In this document: piece after piece, positions 50,202 through 61,826 of the stretch
Layout of the letters: every line of letters begins with the position of its first letter
Numbering within the stretch: position 1 is the stretch's first letter
NCBI GenBank assembly: GCA_963804995.1
Contig: CAWDSK010000006.1
Span: forward strand, 1,888,001 to 1,952,000
Reading direction: 5' to 3'
DNA from: an uncultured Acidobacteriota bacterium
GTDB taxonomy: Bacteria > Acidobacteriota > Terriglobia > UBA7540
Length of the DNA stretch: 64,000 nucleotides
The notes under the pieces: generated by a model
Told to the model about the DNA's origin: nothing
Database searches by the model: none
What the model saw: the letters and a program-made list of their open reading frames with translations, nothing else
Position numbers and translations under genes: made by a program

Positions 50202-50949
50202 TACCGTGAATGCTTATTTTCTTGGCAAACATTTCTCTGTGTCCTCTGCGTCCCGAAGAGCAGAGGTCACGGAGAGGCTCTGGGGGAGCGCAGCGCCGTG
50301 CCAAGACGCGGCTGAAGTTCTTCCGTTTTTCGGAACACAGCGCCCGCTGTTTGTGAAGATGTTCATGAAAATAAAGGGGGTTAGGCGTGGAAAGGGGTTT
50401 TTAGCAAAAACCTATCTAGTTGAAAATGCAATGAGTTACATTTACAGCGGCAAGAAAAATAGCGCAAATAATTTCGATCAGGATAGTCTAACGATGTGTA
50501 TGAAAACAAGGGAAAATAAAAGCGACAATTTGGCAAGTCTAGCGATGTTGATGAAAATAAGTAAGTTATTGTTGTTTTGCCACGATGTTTATGAAAAGAC
50601 AGGTAGTTAGTGAAGAAAATGGGTAGAAAAATGGACCAACCCGCCGCCATTTGCACCAGCGTCTGCTTCCAGCCGACATTGAACCAATAAGCTCGCGGCG
50701 CTGCGTTCAAGTTGGGAGACGAAGGAATCCCCATCGACAGGGGCGCTGAAAGAGACGGGTGACGTGATGATTGGGGCGAAGCCGGAAGGTGCGAAAGGCG
50801 TTGGACAGGAGGTCAAAGGTGGGGGTGCCAGCCGCCCAAACAGAAACGCCGCAGCCTCTCACTTCGGCCACTGCTTGTCACCACGTCGACAGAAGACGAT
50901 GCCGGCTCGGAAGTTCCGCGGCGAGCGGCCAAACCCATCTACCGAATAT

Positions 50950-51420
50950 CGCCCGCCCGTGGCACGCACTCCCCCGCTTCGGTTATCGGTGGGTTGGCTA
51001 CTCGGGATGAGGGGAATTGGGTGGCCTGCGGGAAAATACGTGCCGCATTTCGGCTCGTCCGCGATCACAAGATTAGGTCCATATGCATCGGTGGCCAAGA
51101 GACCCCTCACCCGTCGCGCTCCGGCTGGTGAAAACGCCGGCAGCGCGCCACCCTCTCCCCCTCGGAGAGGGCTATGAACTTTCGCCATGGACCGATGATC
51201 CGATGAATCAATGGGCCGCTGGCCCGATGATCAAATCGCGCGATCACCGGATCACCCGATCTCCCGATTTCTAGCCCCCGCCGGCACACACTCCCCTGCT
51301 TCGGTAATCGGCGGTGTCAGGTAAGAGGATGAATCAAATGCTGGCTTCGAAAATCGCCAATCACCAATCGCCATTCGCAAATGTACGGATCACTGGATCT
51401 CCCCATCGACCGATCCCAAT
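50950..51420 (-). repeat. Inverted copy of the 9632-10700 repeat mosaic modules
   Basis: Core repeats (reverse complement) at about 50952-50993 and 51275-51313; CCCTCACC..CCCTCTCC element at 51104-51171; octamer repeats. Confidence 0.85.
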
Positions 51421-51476
51421 CGTCCACAAAACCATCTTCAAAGAAGGGGAAGAATTGGGCTACACTGATTTCGCAA

Positions 51477-52829
51477 ATGTCCATTAAACCTATACTTTTC
51501 GGCACGGACGGTATTCGCGGTGTGGCTGGCGAATACCCTCTGGATGCCTCGACCGTCCGCAAAATTGGCAGCGCCCTGGGGAGTGTTCTTCGGGAGACTG
51601 CCGGCCCGGGGCGCATCGTGGTGGGCAAGGACACTCGCGAATCGAGCGAGTGGATTTCCCGCGCCTTGGCCAGGGGTCTCGTCTCGACGGGTGCCGAGGT
51701 TGTGGATGCCGGCGTTATCACCACACCGGGCATTGCCTTCCTCACCCGGCATCAGGGATTCTCGGCCGGCGTGGCGGTCTCGGCCTCGCACAATCCCTAC
51801 GAGGACAATGGCATCAAGGTTTTCGCCGGTGCGGGAACGAAGCTCGTGGAGGCCGAGGAACTGGAAATCGAGCGCCGGCTTCGCACCCTGCCGGATTTAC
51901 CGGCGGAAGAGGCGGGCCCCGCGCAGTTCGTTCCCGCCCTCGTGAATGATTACGTAGCATACCTTGCGAATCTGGTCCCGCCGGAATCTCCGCTTTCCGG
52001 TTACCGGCTGGTTGTAGACTGCGCCAACGGCGCCGCCTGCCGCGTCGTGCCCTTGTTGATGGAACGGCTGGGAATGACGCCGCACCTTCTGAATGCTGAG
52101 CCCACTGGCCGCAACATCAATCTGAATTGCGGCTCACTTCATCCCCAGCAGATGGTGGAGACAACGAAAGCTTTGGGCGTCGATCTGGGCGTGGCGTTTG
52201 ACGGTGACGCCGATCGCGCCATCTTCGCGACCCGCGACGGGCGGATGGCAGATGGCGACCATGTCCTCTATGCGATGGGCCCTTTCCTCGATCGGCAGGG
52301 GAACCTCAAAGGGCGCGCCGTGGTGGGCACGCTGATGACCAACCTCGCTCTGGAGTTGGCTCTGGCCGAACAAGGCATTGGTCTGAAGCGCACCGCCGTG
52401 GGCGACAAGTACGTGCTCGAGGAAATGCTGCGCTCCGGGATTTCGCTGGGCGGCGAGCCGTCCGGGCACATCATCTTTGCTGACTTGTCACTGGCCGGCG
52501 ACGGCATGATCACGCTGCTGGAAGTTCTACGACTGATGGCTGAAACCCGGCAGCCGATTGGGCAATTGCTCGGCGGTTTCCAACCATTCCCGCAATTGAT
52601 TCGGAACGTGCGCGTCCGGGAAAAGCGTCCGCTCGAATCGATTCCGAGTATCGCCCAAGCAATCGAGCAATGCCGGAGCGCGATCGGGGAACGGGGACGC
52701 GTGGTGGTGCGCTACTCCGGCACCGAACCCCTGGCGCGGGTGATGGTGGAAGCCGCAGACGCGGTGGTCGTCGAGAAGCAAACGGCAAGCATCGCCGGAG
52801 CCATCGACGCCGCACTGGGGCTGCGCTGA
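51477..52829 (+). CDS. glmM: Phosphoglucosamine mutase
   Basis: FGTDGIRG, GKDTRES, SASHNP..DNGIK, FDGDADR, VGDKYV, GGEPSGH, RYSGTEP..RVMVE. Confidence 0.96.
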   Translation: MSIKPILFGTDGIRGVAGEYPLDASTVRKIGSALGSVLRETAGPGRIVVGKDTRESSEWISRALARGLVSTGAEVVDAGVITTPGIAFLTRHQGFSAGVAVSASHNPYEDNGIKVFAGAGTKLVEAEELEIERRLRTLPDLPAEEAGPAQFVPALVNDYVAYLANLVPPESPLSGYRLVVDCANGAACRVVPLLMERLGMTPHLLNAEPTGRNINLNCGSLHPQQMVETTKALGVDLGVAFDGDADRAIFATRDGRMADGDHVLYAMGPFLDRQGNLKGRAVVGTLMTNLALELALAEQGIGLKRTAVGDKYVLEEMLRSGISLGGEPSGHIIFADLSLAGDGMITLLEVLRLMAETRQPIGQLLGGFQPFPQLIRNVRVREKRPLESIPSIAQAIEQCRSAIGERGRVVVRYSGTEPLARVMVEAADAVVVEKQTASIAGAIDAALGLR

Positions 52830-52933
52830 CCCTGAAAGTTCGAGGATGCGAAGGGTTTCAATCTTAGCAACCCCGTAAATGGGGATTTCATCCAACCGCC
52901 TTGATACGACGGTGCAGCAAAGGAAGGAAGATC

Positions 52934-53752
52934 ATGAAGACAACACTCCTCCTGCTCCTGGCACTGGCAGGTCCGCTTCGCATTTTCGCCCAAGCGCCGG
53001 CAGCTCCGGCTCAACCTCAGCCCGCGGCGCAACCCCAGGCGACAGCACCCGCTCCACCTGAGGCGGTGGCCACGCCCCCCGCCTCACCCGTACCGCCTGA
53101 CGCTTCCAAGGTCGTGGTGCCTGCAGACACAAACATTCCCCTGGTTCTCAAGAATAGCGTGAACACGCGGACGGCCTACGTCGGCCAGTCCATTTACTGT
53201 TCCACCATCTACCCCATTACGGTGAGCAATCACGTCGTGATACCCAAGGGGAGTTCCATCAAAGGTTCGGTGACGCAAGTGGTCCGCCCCGGGCGCGTCA
53301 AAGGCCGTGCGCAACTCGGATTGCGCTTCGATGAATTGATCCTTCCCAACGGCACCACCGTCCCCTTGCGCGCCACGCTTTCCGGATTCGGAGCTACGGG
53401 GAAAGAGGGATTCAACAAAAACGAATCGAAGGTCGAGGGAGCTTCAACCAAAGGCAACGATGCCGGGAAGATTGCCCGGACTACGCTTCCGGGCGCCGAA
53501 ATCGGCACCATCGTCGGAGCCAGTAAGGGAAGCATTGGCAAAGGGTTGGGCATTGGAAGCGCGGCGGGCGCGGCGGGGGGATTGATCTGGGTCCTGTCGA
53601 CCCGGGGAGAAGATTTGAGTCTGCCCCATGGCACCAGCCTGGAGTTGCAGCTTAGCGTGCCGCTTACCTTCAATCGTAATGATGTGGAATCACCAACTCG
53701 CTACGATGAAGGGCCGGCGCTGCCCCGGCGCGAATACGGGCCTGGGGCTTAA
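52934..53752 (+). CDS. Secreted TrbI/VirB10-like beta-domain protein
   Basis: Signal peptide, Pro/Ala linker, VVIPKGS...G.V....PGRVKGRA.L.L.F..L, glycine-zipper helices. Confidence 0.7.
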   Translation: MKTTLLLLLALAGPLRIFAQAPAAPAQPQPAAQPQATAPAPPEAVATPPASPVPPDASKVVVPADTNIPLVLKNSVNTRTAYVGQSIYCSTIYPITVSNHVVIPKGSSIKGSVTQVVRPGRVKGRAQLGLRFDELILPNGTTVPLRATLSGFGATGKEGFNKNESKVEGASTKGNDAGKIARTTLPGAEIGTIVGASKGSIGKGLGIGSAAGAAGGLIWVLSTRGEDLSLPHGTSLELQLSVPLTFNRNDVESPTRYDEGPALPRREYGPGA

Positions 53753-53805
53753 GGAAGCTGGAAAGTAATCCTGGGAAAAGAAGTGCCGTCCGGAGAGGAC
53801 GCGAA

Positions 53806-54078
53806 TTAAGAAAATACCACCGACTGGACCCCGGTAATCTCAAAACGTTTGCGGCAGCGCGGATTCTTGCACATCATGACGTCATCGCGACGCAGCATGT
53901 AAGATTGGGCCTTGGCAAAACGCGCGCGATCACGTTCGTCGGCCTGCCCCCGCAACGCTTTCTTCTTGGTGCGCACCAACCATCGAATCTCGTAGGTGTC
54001 AGTCTGGTGGCAGTGCAGACAGGAAAGGTTAGCGGGCTTATGGGTTTCAGTCTCGTCAAAGAAATCACGCTCTTCCAT
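53806..54078 (-). CDS. Small Zn-ribbon hypothetical protein
   Basis: CxxC ... CxxxxC pairs in 90 aa. Confidence 0.75.
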   Translation of the reverse strand: MEERDFFDETETHKPANLSCLHCHQTDTYEIRWLVRTKKKALRGQADERDRARFAKAQSYMLRRDDVMMCKNPRCRKRFEITGVQSVVFS

Positions 54079-54152
54079 AGTGGCCCTATTCTAGCCGGAA
54101 TCGAAGGAGAAGGCCAGTGCGACGTGTGAAAAGCCGAGAGGGAGTTGCAGCC

Positions 54153-55064
54153 TCAGACGGGTTGAATCCAACCCTTGGCTCCGCGATTGTCTGCGGAAAG
54201 CAAATGAACGTGCGAAATCACCTGCTTTTCGGCAAGGGTCTTCTGGATCAGTTCGCCAATGGCAGTGGCGCTTCCCCGGGTGAAAGCCAGAATGGAAGGC
54301 CCAGCCCCGCTCAGGCAAATTCCCAGCAGGTCCGGGTGCTCAAGCTTGAGCGCTTCCGAAAGGCCGGGCACCAGCCGGGCGCGATAGGGCTGATGCCAGC
54401 GGTCATCGAAAAGGGTGCGGTGGAAATTCACTTTACCGGAGAAGATCTGAGCGGTGAGTACGGCTGCCCGCTGCAAATTGTAGACGGCGTCAGGCCGGGA
54501 ATACTGGTCAGGCAGAACCTTGCGGGCTTCCTCAGTTGACAAGGGGTAGTCCGGTACCACCAGAACCAAACCCAACGTCTCTGGGAGCGCGCAGGACTGG
54601 GTCAGAACACGGCCGTTCATTTGGGCGGCCACGGTGAAACCGCCGTGCCAGGCGGCAGCCACATTATCGGGATGGCCCTCGTGCTGAGTGGCCAGCGATA
54701 CAAATTCTTCGTCAATCAGAGGGCGGTCCGCCAGCACATGACTTGCGGCGAGTGCCCCGACGATTGCGGCGGCGCTGGAGCCCACGCCGACTCCGACCGG
54801 GATTTGATTCTCAATTTCCACGTCAATCCCGTGGGGCATTCCCCAACTCCGGAGCGTCTCCTGGAGCGTGCGCGCGATAAGATTATCCGGACCCCAACAA
54901 ACGCGATCGGCGTGAACCCCATGGTGAAAGAGCCTCAAGTCACCGTCCGTGCGCGGCGTGATGTGAATGTTCACGTAAAGGTTCAAGGCAATCGCGCCGC
55001 AATCAAAGAGACACCCTAGGTTTGCGCATGTGGCCGGGACACGAACTGATACACGCTCACTCAT
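54153..55064 (-). CDS. thrB: Homoserine kinase
   Basis: VRVPAT.ANLG..FD, IP.G.G.GSSAAA, EGHPDN.AAA..GG, LSGAGPS. Confidence 0.93.
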   Translation of the reverse strand: MSERVSVRVPATCANLGCLFDCGAIALNLYVNIHITPRTDGDLRLFHHGVHADRVCWGPDNLIARTLQETLRSWGMPHGIDVEIENQIPVGVGVGSSAAAIVGALAASHVLADRPLIDEEFVSLATQHEGHPDNVAAAWHGGFTVAAQMNGRVLTQSCALPETLGLVLVVPDYPLSTEEARKVLPDQYSRPDAVYNLQRAAVLTAQIFSGKVNFHRTLFDDRWHQPYRARLVPGLSEALKLEHPDLLGICLSGAGPSILAFTRGSATAIGELIQKTLAEKQVISHVHLLSADNRGAKGWIQPV

Positions 55065-55203
55065 GAGTAGAGTCTGCCCAACGAGGAAGTAAACATTTTA
55101 AGCGACCGAGGATCAGATCGGCAAGCGTCGGAACGGGATTGCAGCGCTCCCGTGGCGAGCAACCGAACCAAAACCCGGGTTCCGTCAAAGAAAATCCGGA
55201 AAA

Positions 55204-56148
55204 CTACGATCTCCAATATTTGGAGGTCTTCAATACTTCCAGCTCTTCCGGTTTCAGAGGGTAAGTGAAATCCGTGCCGGGAAATTTCCCGGACTTTACT
55301 TCGGAAATGTACCGGCCGATGGCCAACTCAGCCAGCACCAGCAGGCCGTCGCGGCGCAGCTCGCGTCCGTTCTTGCGCAGATCTTCTATGCCGGAGAGAT
55401 ACGTCACGAATTCACCCACCACCTCAGGAATGTAACATTTCGTAAACCAGGGCCGGAACGATTGGTAGAAACCCATCAGGTCGTGCATGATCAGAAGCTG
55501 GCCATCTACATGAGGACCGGCGCCGATGCCAAAGATCGGGACCGTGAACTGGCGAGCGATTTGCCCGGCAGGTTCGGCCGGTATGGCTTCGAGCAAAACC
55601 CCGAACACGCCGGCTTCCACCAAAGCCGCGGTATCCTCAAAAGTCTTCTCAAAGCTCTGCTTGGTTTTTCCTTGCACCCGGTATCCACCAAAGGATTGGG
55701 TGCTTTGCGGAGTCAGTCCCAAATGCCCCATCACCAGAATCCCGGCGTCCACCATGGCTCTGACCCGGCCCGCCATGCGCTGCCCGCCTTCGCATTTGAT
55801 GGCATCACATCCGGCTTCTTTGATGAACCGCAGGGCATTCACCACCGCGTCTCGGTCAGAAGGCTCATAAGATCCCTGGGGCATGTCGCCGATCAGAAAC
55901 GTATTGGGGGCGCCGCGCCGCGCGGCACTGGCCAGAATAATCATTTCATCCATGGTGACCGGATTGGTCGTAGGAAGCCCAAGCTGAACCATTCCGCCGG
56001 AGTCGCCAACCAGAATCATATCGATGCCGGCCTGCTCCGCCGCCTGGGCAAAAGGCAGGTCATAAGCTGTAAGCCAAGTGGCCGGTTCCTTGCTTTCCTT
56101 CATCTTCATCAGTTTGAGGATTGACACCTTATTCTTTTTTTCCATATG
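55204..56148 (-). CDS. panB: Ketopantoate hydroxymethyltransferase
   Basis: LTAYD, ILVGDS.GM, DMP.GSY, MGHLGLTPQS, GIGAG...DGQ.L..HD. Start at 56148 or 56166. Confidence 0.92.
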   Translation of the reverse strand, partial: HMEKKNKVSILKLMKMKESKEPATWLTAYDLPFAQAAEQAGIDMILVGDSGGMVQLGLPTTNPVTMDEMIILASAARRGAPNTFLIGDMPQGSYEPSDRDAVVNALRFIKEAGCDAIKCEGGQRMAGRVRAMVDAGILVMGHLGLTPQSTQSFGGYRVQGKTKQSFEKTFEDTAALVEAGVFGVLLEAIPAEPAGQIARQFTVPIFGIGAGPHVDGQLLIMHDLMGFYQSFRPWFTKCYIPEVVGEFVTYLSGIEDLRKNGRELRRDGLLVLAELAIGRYISEVKSGKFPGTDFTYPLKPEELEVLKTSKYWRS

Positions 56149-56274
56149 AGCCTCGAAGGAATCCATTCAATATAGTCGTCGATTTCCTAACAAAGCATAT
56201 GCATCTTCTCTACTGATCCCACCCAGCGTTCTAGCCGCGCGGAATCGGATGCAACCAGCAGACACGCCGGGCTT

Positions 56275-56961
56275 TCAGCGGGGAGCGCCGGAATTGGCCT
56301 GCAGCCCGGCGCCATCCTCCAGAACAAAAATCGCCGAATCCGCCAGAAGGTTGGGCAGGAACCGCACCACGGTGGCGTCGCCTGGAGCGGTAGTTCGGAG
56401 AGGAATCTCCTGGAGCACCTTCAATCCCGCCTTGTGGCAAAAATCGGCGAAGTCAGGAATCGTGGTCAGGTGGATGTTCTGGGTCTCGTACCATTCGTAG
56501 GGCAGCTTGCCCGTCTTTGGCATGCGGCCTCCAAAGAAAAGCTGCCGACGCACCTGCCAATGCGCGAAATTAGGAAAGCTCACGACGCACCGCTTGCCCA
56601 CCCTCACCATCTCCCGAATCAAAAGCATCGGGCGGTGCAAAACCTGCAGGGTGTTGGTCAGGATAACGTCATCGACGGACTTATCAGGGTAGTCCGCCAG
56701 GCCTTCGTCCAAATCGCCGTGGTGGACGTTGAACAGGCCCTTAGCGACGCAAGACTGGATGCAGGCCTCGGACAGTTCAATTCCTTCCGCACGCACCTTC
56801 TTCTTAACTTTGAGGGCCAGCAGCAAATCGCCCTCGCCGCAGCCCAGGTCCATGACGCGCGAGCCTTCGCGAATCAGGTCGATGATGATTCGGTGCTCTG
56901 GCGTCAGGCGCACCACGGTGCCCGCGTCATCCAGCCGAACTTCCTCGCCCAGCCCGCCCAT
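56275..56961 (-). CDS. metW: Methionine biosynthesis protein MetW
   Basis: GSRV.DLGCG.G.LL, DLD.GL..Y.D.S.D, VSFPNF.HW..R, LPY.WY.T.NIH..TI.DF. Confidence 0.93.
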   Translation of the reverse strand: MGGLGEEVRLDDAGTVVRLTPEHRIIIDLIREGSRVMDLGCGEGDLLLALKVKKKVRAEGIELSEACIQSCVAKGLFNVHHGDLDEGLADYPDKSVDDVILTNTLQVLHRPMLLIREMVRVGKRCVVSFPNFAHWQVRRQLFFGGRMPKTGKLPYEWYETQNIHLTTIPDFADFCHKAGLKVLQEIPLRTTAPGDATVVRFLPNLLADSAIFVLEDGAGLQANSGAPR

Positions 56962-56964
56962 ATG

Positions 56965-58107
56965 TTAGGAAAGCCTCCTCCGCCCGTGGCGCAGGAAATT
57001 AGTAATGAGGGAGCTCAGTTGCTCCGACTCCAACAGGAAAGCATCGTGCCCGTAATCCGTTTGAATCTCCGTGTAAATGGCTTCGGCGCCCACGTGTCGC
57101 AGCGCGCTGACGATGGCCTTTGACTGATAGGATGGAAATAGCCAGTCCGAGGAAAACGAGATAACCAGGAACTTCGCCCGGGCGCCGGAGAAGGCCTGCT
57201 CCAAGGTCCCGGAAGCCTCGCCAAGGTTGAAGTAATCCATGGCCTTCGTAATATAGAGATAAGAATTCGCATCAAACCGGTTTACGAAGTTATCGCCTTT
57301 ATATTGCAGATAGCTTTCCACCTCAAAATCGGCCAGGAAGTTGTAGCCATACTCCGTCTTGTCTTGCAGTTTACGGCCGAACTTCTGGTGCATCGACTTT
57401 TCGGATAGGTAAGTAATGTGCCCAATCATCCGTGCGATGGCCAAACCACGGCGTGGGACGGCCTTGCCATAGTAGTCGCCGCCCCTCCAGTGGGGATCCG
57501 ACTGGATGGCCTGCCGGCCCACTTCGTCAAAAGCAATCCCCTGCGCTGAAAGCTTACTAGTCGTGGCAATGGGGATGGCCAGCCGCACGCGGTCCGGGTA
57601 ACTCACCACCCACTGCAACACTTGCATCCCACCCATCGAACCACCTACGACGCAGAGCAACTGGCCAATTCCCAAGTGGTCGATTAAAAGTTTCTGGGCA
57701 TTCACCATGTCACGAATGGTAACGATGGGGAAGGTCAACGCATAAGGGCGGCCCGTCTTGGGATCTTTCGAACTCGGCCCTGTAGAACCCTTGCAGCCCC
57801 CGATGATGTTAGAGCAGATGACGAAATATTTTCGCGTGTCGAAGGCTTTTCCCGGACCTATCATGATATCCCACCAGCCGGGTTGGCGGTCGCTGGCTTG
57901 ATTGTAGCCCGCCGCGTGGGCGTCTCCGGACAGCGCGTGCAGGATAAGCACGGCGTTGTCTTTGGCCGGGCTCAACTCGCCGTAGGTCTCGTAAGCCAAA
58001 GTGATGGGGCCAAGCGTTCGCCCGCACTCCAGCAGCATTTCCTGGGGCGGCTCGGCAAACGTAAGGTACTGGGTGTTGACGATTCCCACCGATCCTGGGT
58101 CCGCCAT
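56965..58107 (-). CDS. metX: Homoserine O-acyltransferase
   Basis: [39 protein letters not shown]. Confidence 0.96.
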   Translation of the reverse strand: MADPGSVGIVNTQYLTFAEPPQEMLLECGRTLGPITLAYETYGELSPAKDNAVLILHALSGDAHAAGYNQASDRQPGWWDIMIGPGKAFDTRKYFVICSNIIGGCKGSTGPSSKDPKTGRPYALTFPIVTIRDMVNAQKLLIDHLGIGQLLCVVGGSMGGMQVLQWVVSYPDRVRLAIPIATTSKLSAQGIAFDEVGRQAIQSDPHWRGGDYYGKAVPRRGLAIARMIGHITYLSEKSMHQKFGRKLQDKTEYGYNFLADFEVESYLQYKGDNFVNRFDANSYLYITKAMDYFNLGEASGTLEQAFSGARAKFLVISFSSDWLFPSYQSKAIVSALRHVGAEAIYTEIQTDYGHDAFLLESEQLSSLITNFLRHGRRRLS

Positions 58108-58195
58108 GATTTGCCACACCTCAAGCCCTTGGCCGCCTCGACCCTGCACAGTTCAAAGGGCCGAGGCGATGCAAGGTGCGGTGTCGATCTTGGCG

Positions 58196-59512
<1,317 letters not shown>

Positions 59513-59552
59513 CTAGTGCCATGAGTCAGAAGTTCGCTGATTATTGGAAAAC

Positions 59553-59685
59553 CCCCTCACCCGGCCCGCCCCGGCTGATGAGAACGCCGGTAGCGGTCCA
59601 CCCTCTCCCCCAAGGGGGCGAGGGTAGTAAATTCAGATCAACTCCCCCCTCGCCCCCTTGGGGGAGAGGGGCCGGGGGAGGGGGT
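59553..59685. repeat. CCCTCACC/CCCTCTCC-type palindromic repeat
   Basis: Same family as 51104-51171 and 10470-10537. Confidence 0.8.
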
Positions 59686-59841
59686 TCTAGGGTCGAACAG
59701 TAAATGGGCTCCTTGACATGTGATCCATAGAATCACGACGCAGCCAGAGCGCACGCAAGGTCACATGCATCTGCGAGGAAGGCATGGGTCCAGGGAGAAG
59801 CCGGGAATTCGGACGATTCCTTGGGCTTCTCCACGATGAAG

Positions 59842-61089
59842 CTACACAGTTGTCGTGGCTGTCGTACTCAGAAACTGCTCTTCGAAATCTTCCACCTTGG
59901 GCCGGATGAGGGCGCTCTCCGTGGTCGTCCCTTGCAATGCCCCAATCGTCTTCAGCCCGTTGCCGGTGATCGCCAGCACGATGGATTCGTCAGGGTTCAG
60001 ACGGCCCTGGCGAATCAGTTTGCGCGCCGTGGCCACGGTTACGCCGCCGGCGGTCTCTGTGAAAATGCCTTGGGTTTCAGCCAGGAGCCGGATGCCCTCT
60101 ACGATTTCATCGTCGGTGACGTCCTCGCCCACTCCACCGCTCCCGAGGATGGTCTTCACCGCATAGGGACCATCCGCCGGGTTGCCAATAGCAAGTGACT
60201 TGGCGATCGTGTGGGGCTTTTGAGGCTCAATCTCCGTCGAGCCGCGTTTGGCGGCGTTCGTAATGGGCGAACAGCCGGTTGCCTGCGCGCCATAGAATCG
60301 GGTTTGAATCGGCTCAACCCAGGCGAGTTTCTTCAATTCTTCAAAGGCCTTGTTGACCTTGGTAATCAGCGCCCCGCCGGCCATGGGGATGACGATATTC
60401 TGCGGGAGGCGCCAGCCGAGTTGTTCGGCGATTTCGTATCCGAATGTCTTCGAGCCTTCCGAATAGTAGGAGCGCAGGTTCACGTTGACGATGCCCCAGG
60501 AATGTTTCTGCGCGATCTCTGAACACAACCGGTTCACCTGATCGTAGTTGCCCTGCACCTTCACGAGAGTGGCGCCATAGACCTCGGTGGCCACGATCTT
60601 TTCCGGCTCGATATCAGCAGGCACAAAAATGAAAGTCTTGAAGCCACCCGCCGCAGCCTGCGCAGCCACCGCGTTCGCGAGGTTCCCCGTCGACGAGCAC
60701 CCCACGGTGTCGAATCCGAACTCGCGCGCCTTGGAGAGTGCTACGGCGACCACGCGATCCTTGAAAGAGAGCGTGGGGTGGTTGACGGCATCGTTCTTTA
60801 AGTAGAGTTCGCGCACACCCAAAGCTTCGGCCAGCCGCGGCGCTTTGACGAGCGGCGTAAATCCCGTGTGGTGACCCACCCAGGGCGCATCCCGCAACGG
60901 CAGCAGTTCCCGATAACGCCACATGTTGGTAGGACGCGCGGCAATGTCTTCGCGCCGCAGGTCCGCCCACAGCTTGCCGTAGTCGTACACGACTTCCAGT
61001 GGGGCCCAACATTCTTCGCATGCCGCAATGGGCTCCAGCGGATAGGTTCGCTCACATTCCCGGCACTTCAGGTGAATCACGTAACTCAC
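59842..61089 (-). CDS. thrC: Threonine synthase-like PLP enzyme with N-terminal Zn ribbon
   Basis: CxxC..CxxC, N.PT.SFKDR, SSTGNLA, SEG.KT..YE..EQLGW, TIAKSLAIGNP.DG, ITGNGLK. Confidence 0.88.
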   Translation of the reverse strand: MSYVIHLKCRECERTYPLEPIAACEECWAPLEVVYDYGKLWADLRREDIAARPTNMWRYRELLPLRDAPWVGHHTGFTPLVKAPRLAEALGVRELYLKNDAVNHPTLSFKDRVVAVALSKAREFGFDTVGCSSTGNLANAVAAQAAAGGFKTFIFVPADIEPEKIVATEVYGATLVKVQGNYDQVNRLCSEIAQKHSWGIVNVNLRSYYSEGSKTFGYEIAEQLGWRLPQNIVIPMAGGALITKVNKAFEELKKLAWVEPIQTRFYGAQATGCSPITNAAKRGSTEIEPQKPHTIAKSLAIGNPADGPYAVKTILGSGGVGEDVTDDEIVEGIRLLAETQGIFTETAGGVTVATARKLIRQGRLNPDESIVLAITGNGLKTIGALQGTTTESALIRPKVEDFEEQFLSTTATTTV

Positions 61090-61167
61090 AAATCCTCACT
61101 TTTTCATCTGAGTGGCCTGGGAATATCGGCAGGGAAATAACGGAGCGTACAGGAAGAGGCACAAACT

Positions 61168-61194
61168 AAAAAACCTCTTCCGGGTGGGAAGAGG
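61168..61194 (-). terminator. Intrinsic terminator (riboswitch expression platform)
   Basis: Minus strand CCTCTTCC-loop-GGAAGAGG-TTTTTT between the aptamer and thrC. Confidence 0.85.
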
Positions 61195-61217
61195 CTGTTG
61201 AGAAGCTACTGGCCCCC

Positions 61218-61322
61218 TCTCATCTCCCCCATACCGGGTGGGAATTGGCACCTGACCCCCGACTATGTCGGGGCGGTTGTCGTGGCGTCATCGGGCCCAT
61301 CCCTCAGCCACTCTAGATGAGA
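61218..61322 (-). ncRNA. SAM-I (S-box) riboswitch
   Basis: Minus strand CTCATCTAGAGTGGCTGAGGGATGGGCCCGATGACGCCACGACAACC...GGTGCCAATTCC...GGAGATGAG fits the S-box consensus; upstream of Met genes. Confidence 0.95.
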
Positions 61323-61361
61323 TTCAGGGTTACTGAATCTAGTATTCAATTGTCGCAAACT

Positions 61362-61390
61362 ATCCTAAAAGAATGCGCCACACCTGTCAA
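61362..61390 (-). promoter_or_regulatory. sigma70 promoter of the riboswitch leader
   Basis: TTGACA-17 nt-TAGGAT on the minus strand. Confidence 0.7.
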
Positions 61391-61453
61391 TGGTTTTTTC
61401 GGTCGTGGTGTCCTGGTTTGACGGATGAGTTTTGAAACAGAGGCCAGCCTTTC

Positions 61454-61705
61454 AGCCCCAAAGGGGCGAAATAACGAAGCCCAGGCCAACGGCCGGGTCA
61501 GCGGAACCCAAACCGATACCCGAGCCCTGAAGGGGCGGAACAATCCTTGTCAATCCCAAACGTAGCGCTCGTGTTGGCTTTCTTGTTGTGTGATTTGCGT
61601 AGAGCGGCGTGGGGAACACCTATCTCGCCCTTTCAGGGCTGGGGGTAAAATTGGGGGATCATCTTAACCCAGGCCTGGGCTTCGTTATTTCGCCCCTTTG
61701 GGGCT
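61454..61705. mobile_element. Internally deleted IS200/RAYT-type element (MITE) with 34-bp perfect inverted repeats
   Basis: AGCCCCAAAGGGGCGAAATAACGAAGCCCAGGCC at both ends in inverted orientation; inner REP pair GCCCTGAAGGGGCG / CGCCCTTTCAGGGC; minus-strand remnant ERYVWD-stop. Confidence 0.75.
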
Positions 61706-61826
61706 CACCCGCAAACTAGGACACTACTGTTTTTTCGGTTTTTTCCGCTCATGTCCGTTCAACCTGATTCGGCAATTTTTTTCCACGGCTGAAGAACTAT
61801 CAAGGACTCGCGAGAGGGTGCGGTCC

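Noticed and set aside
52934..53752. Type IV secretion system suggested by the VirB10-like protein
   Set aside because: No other virB/trb genes are nearby; it is a solitary secreted beta-domain protein.
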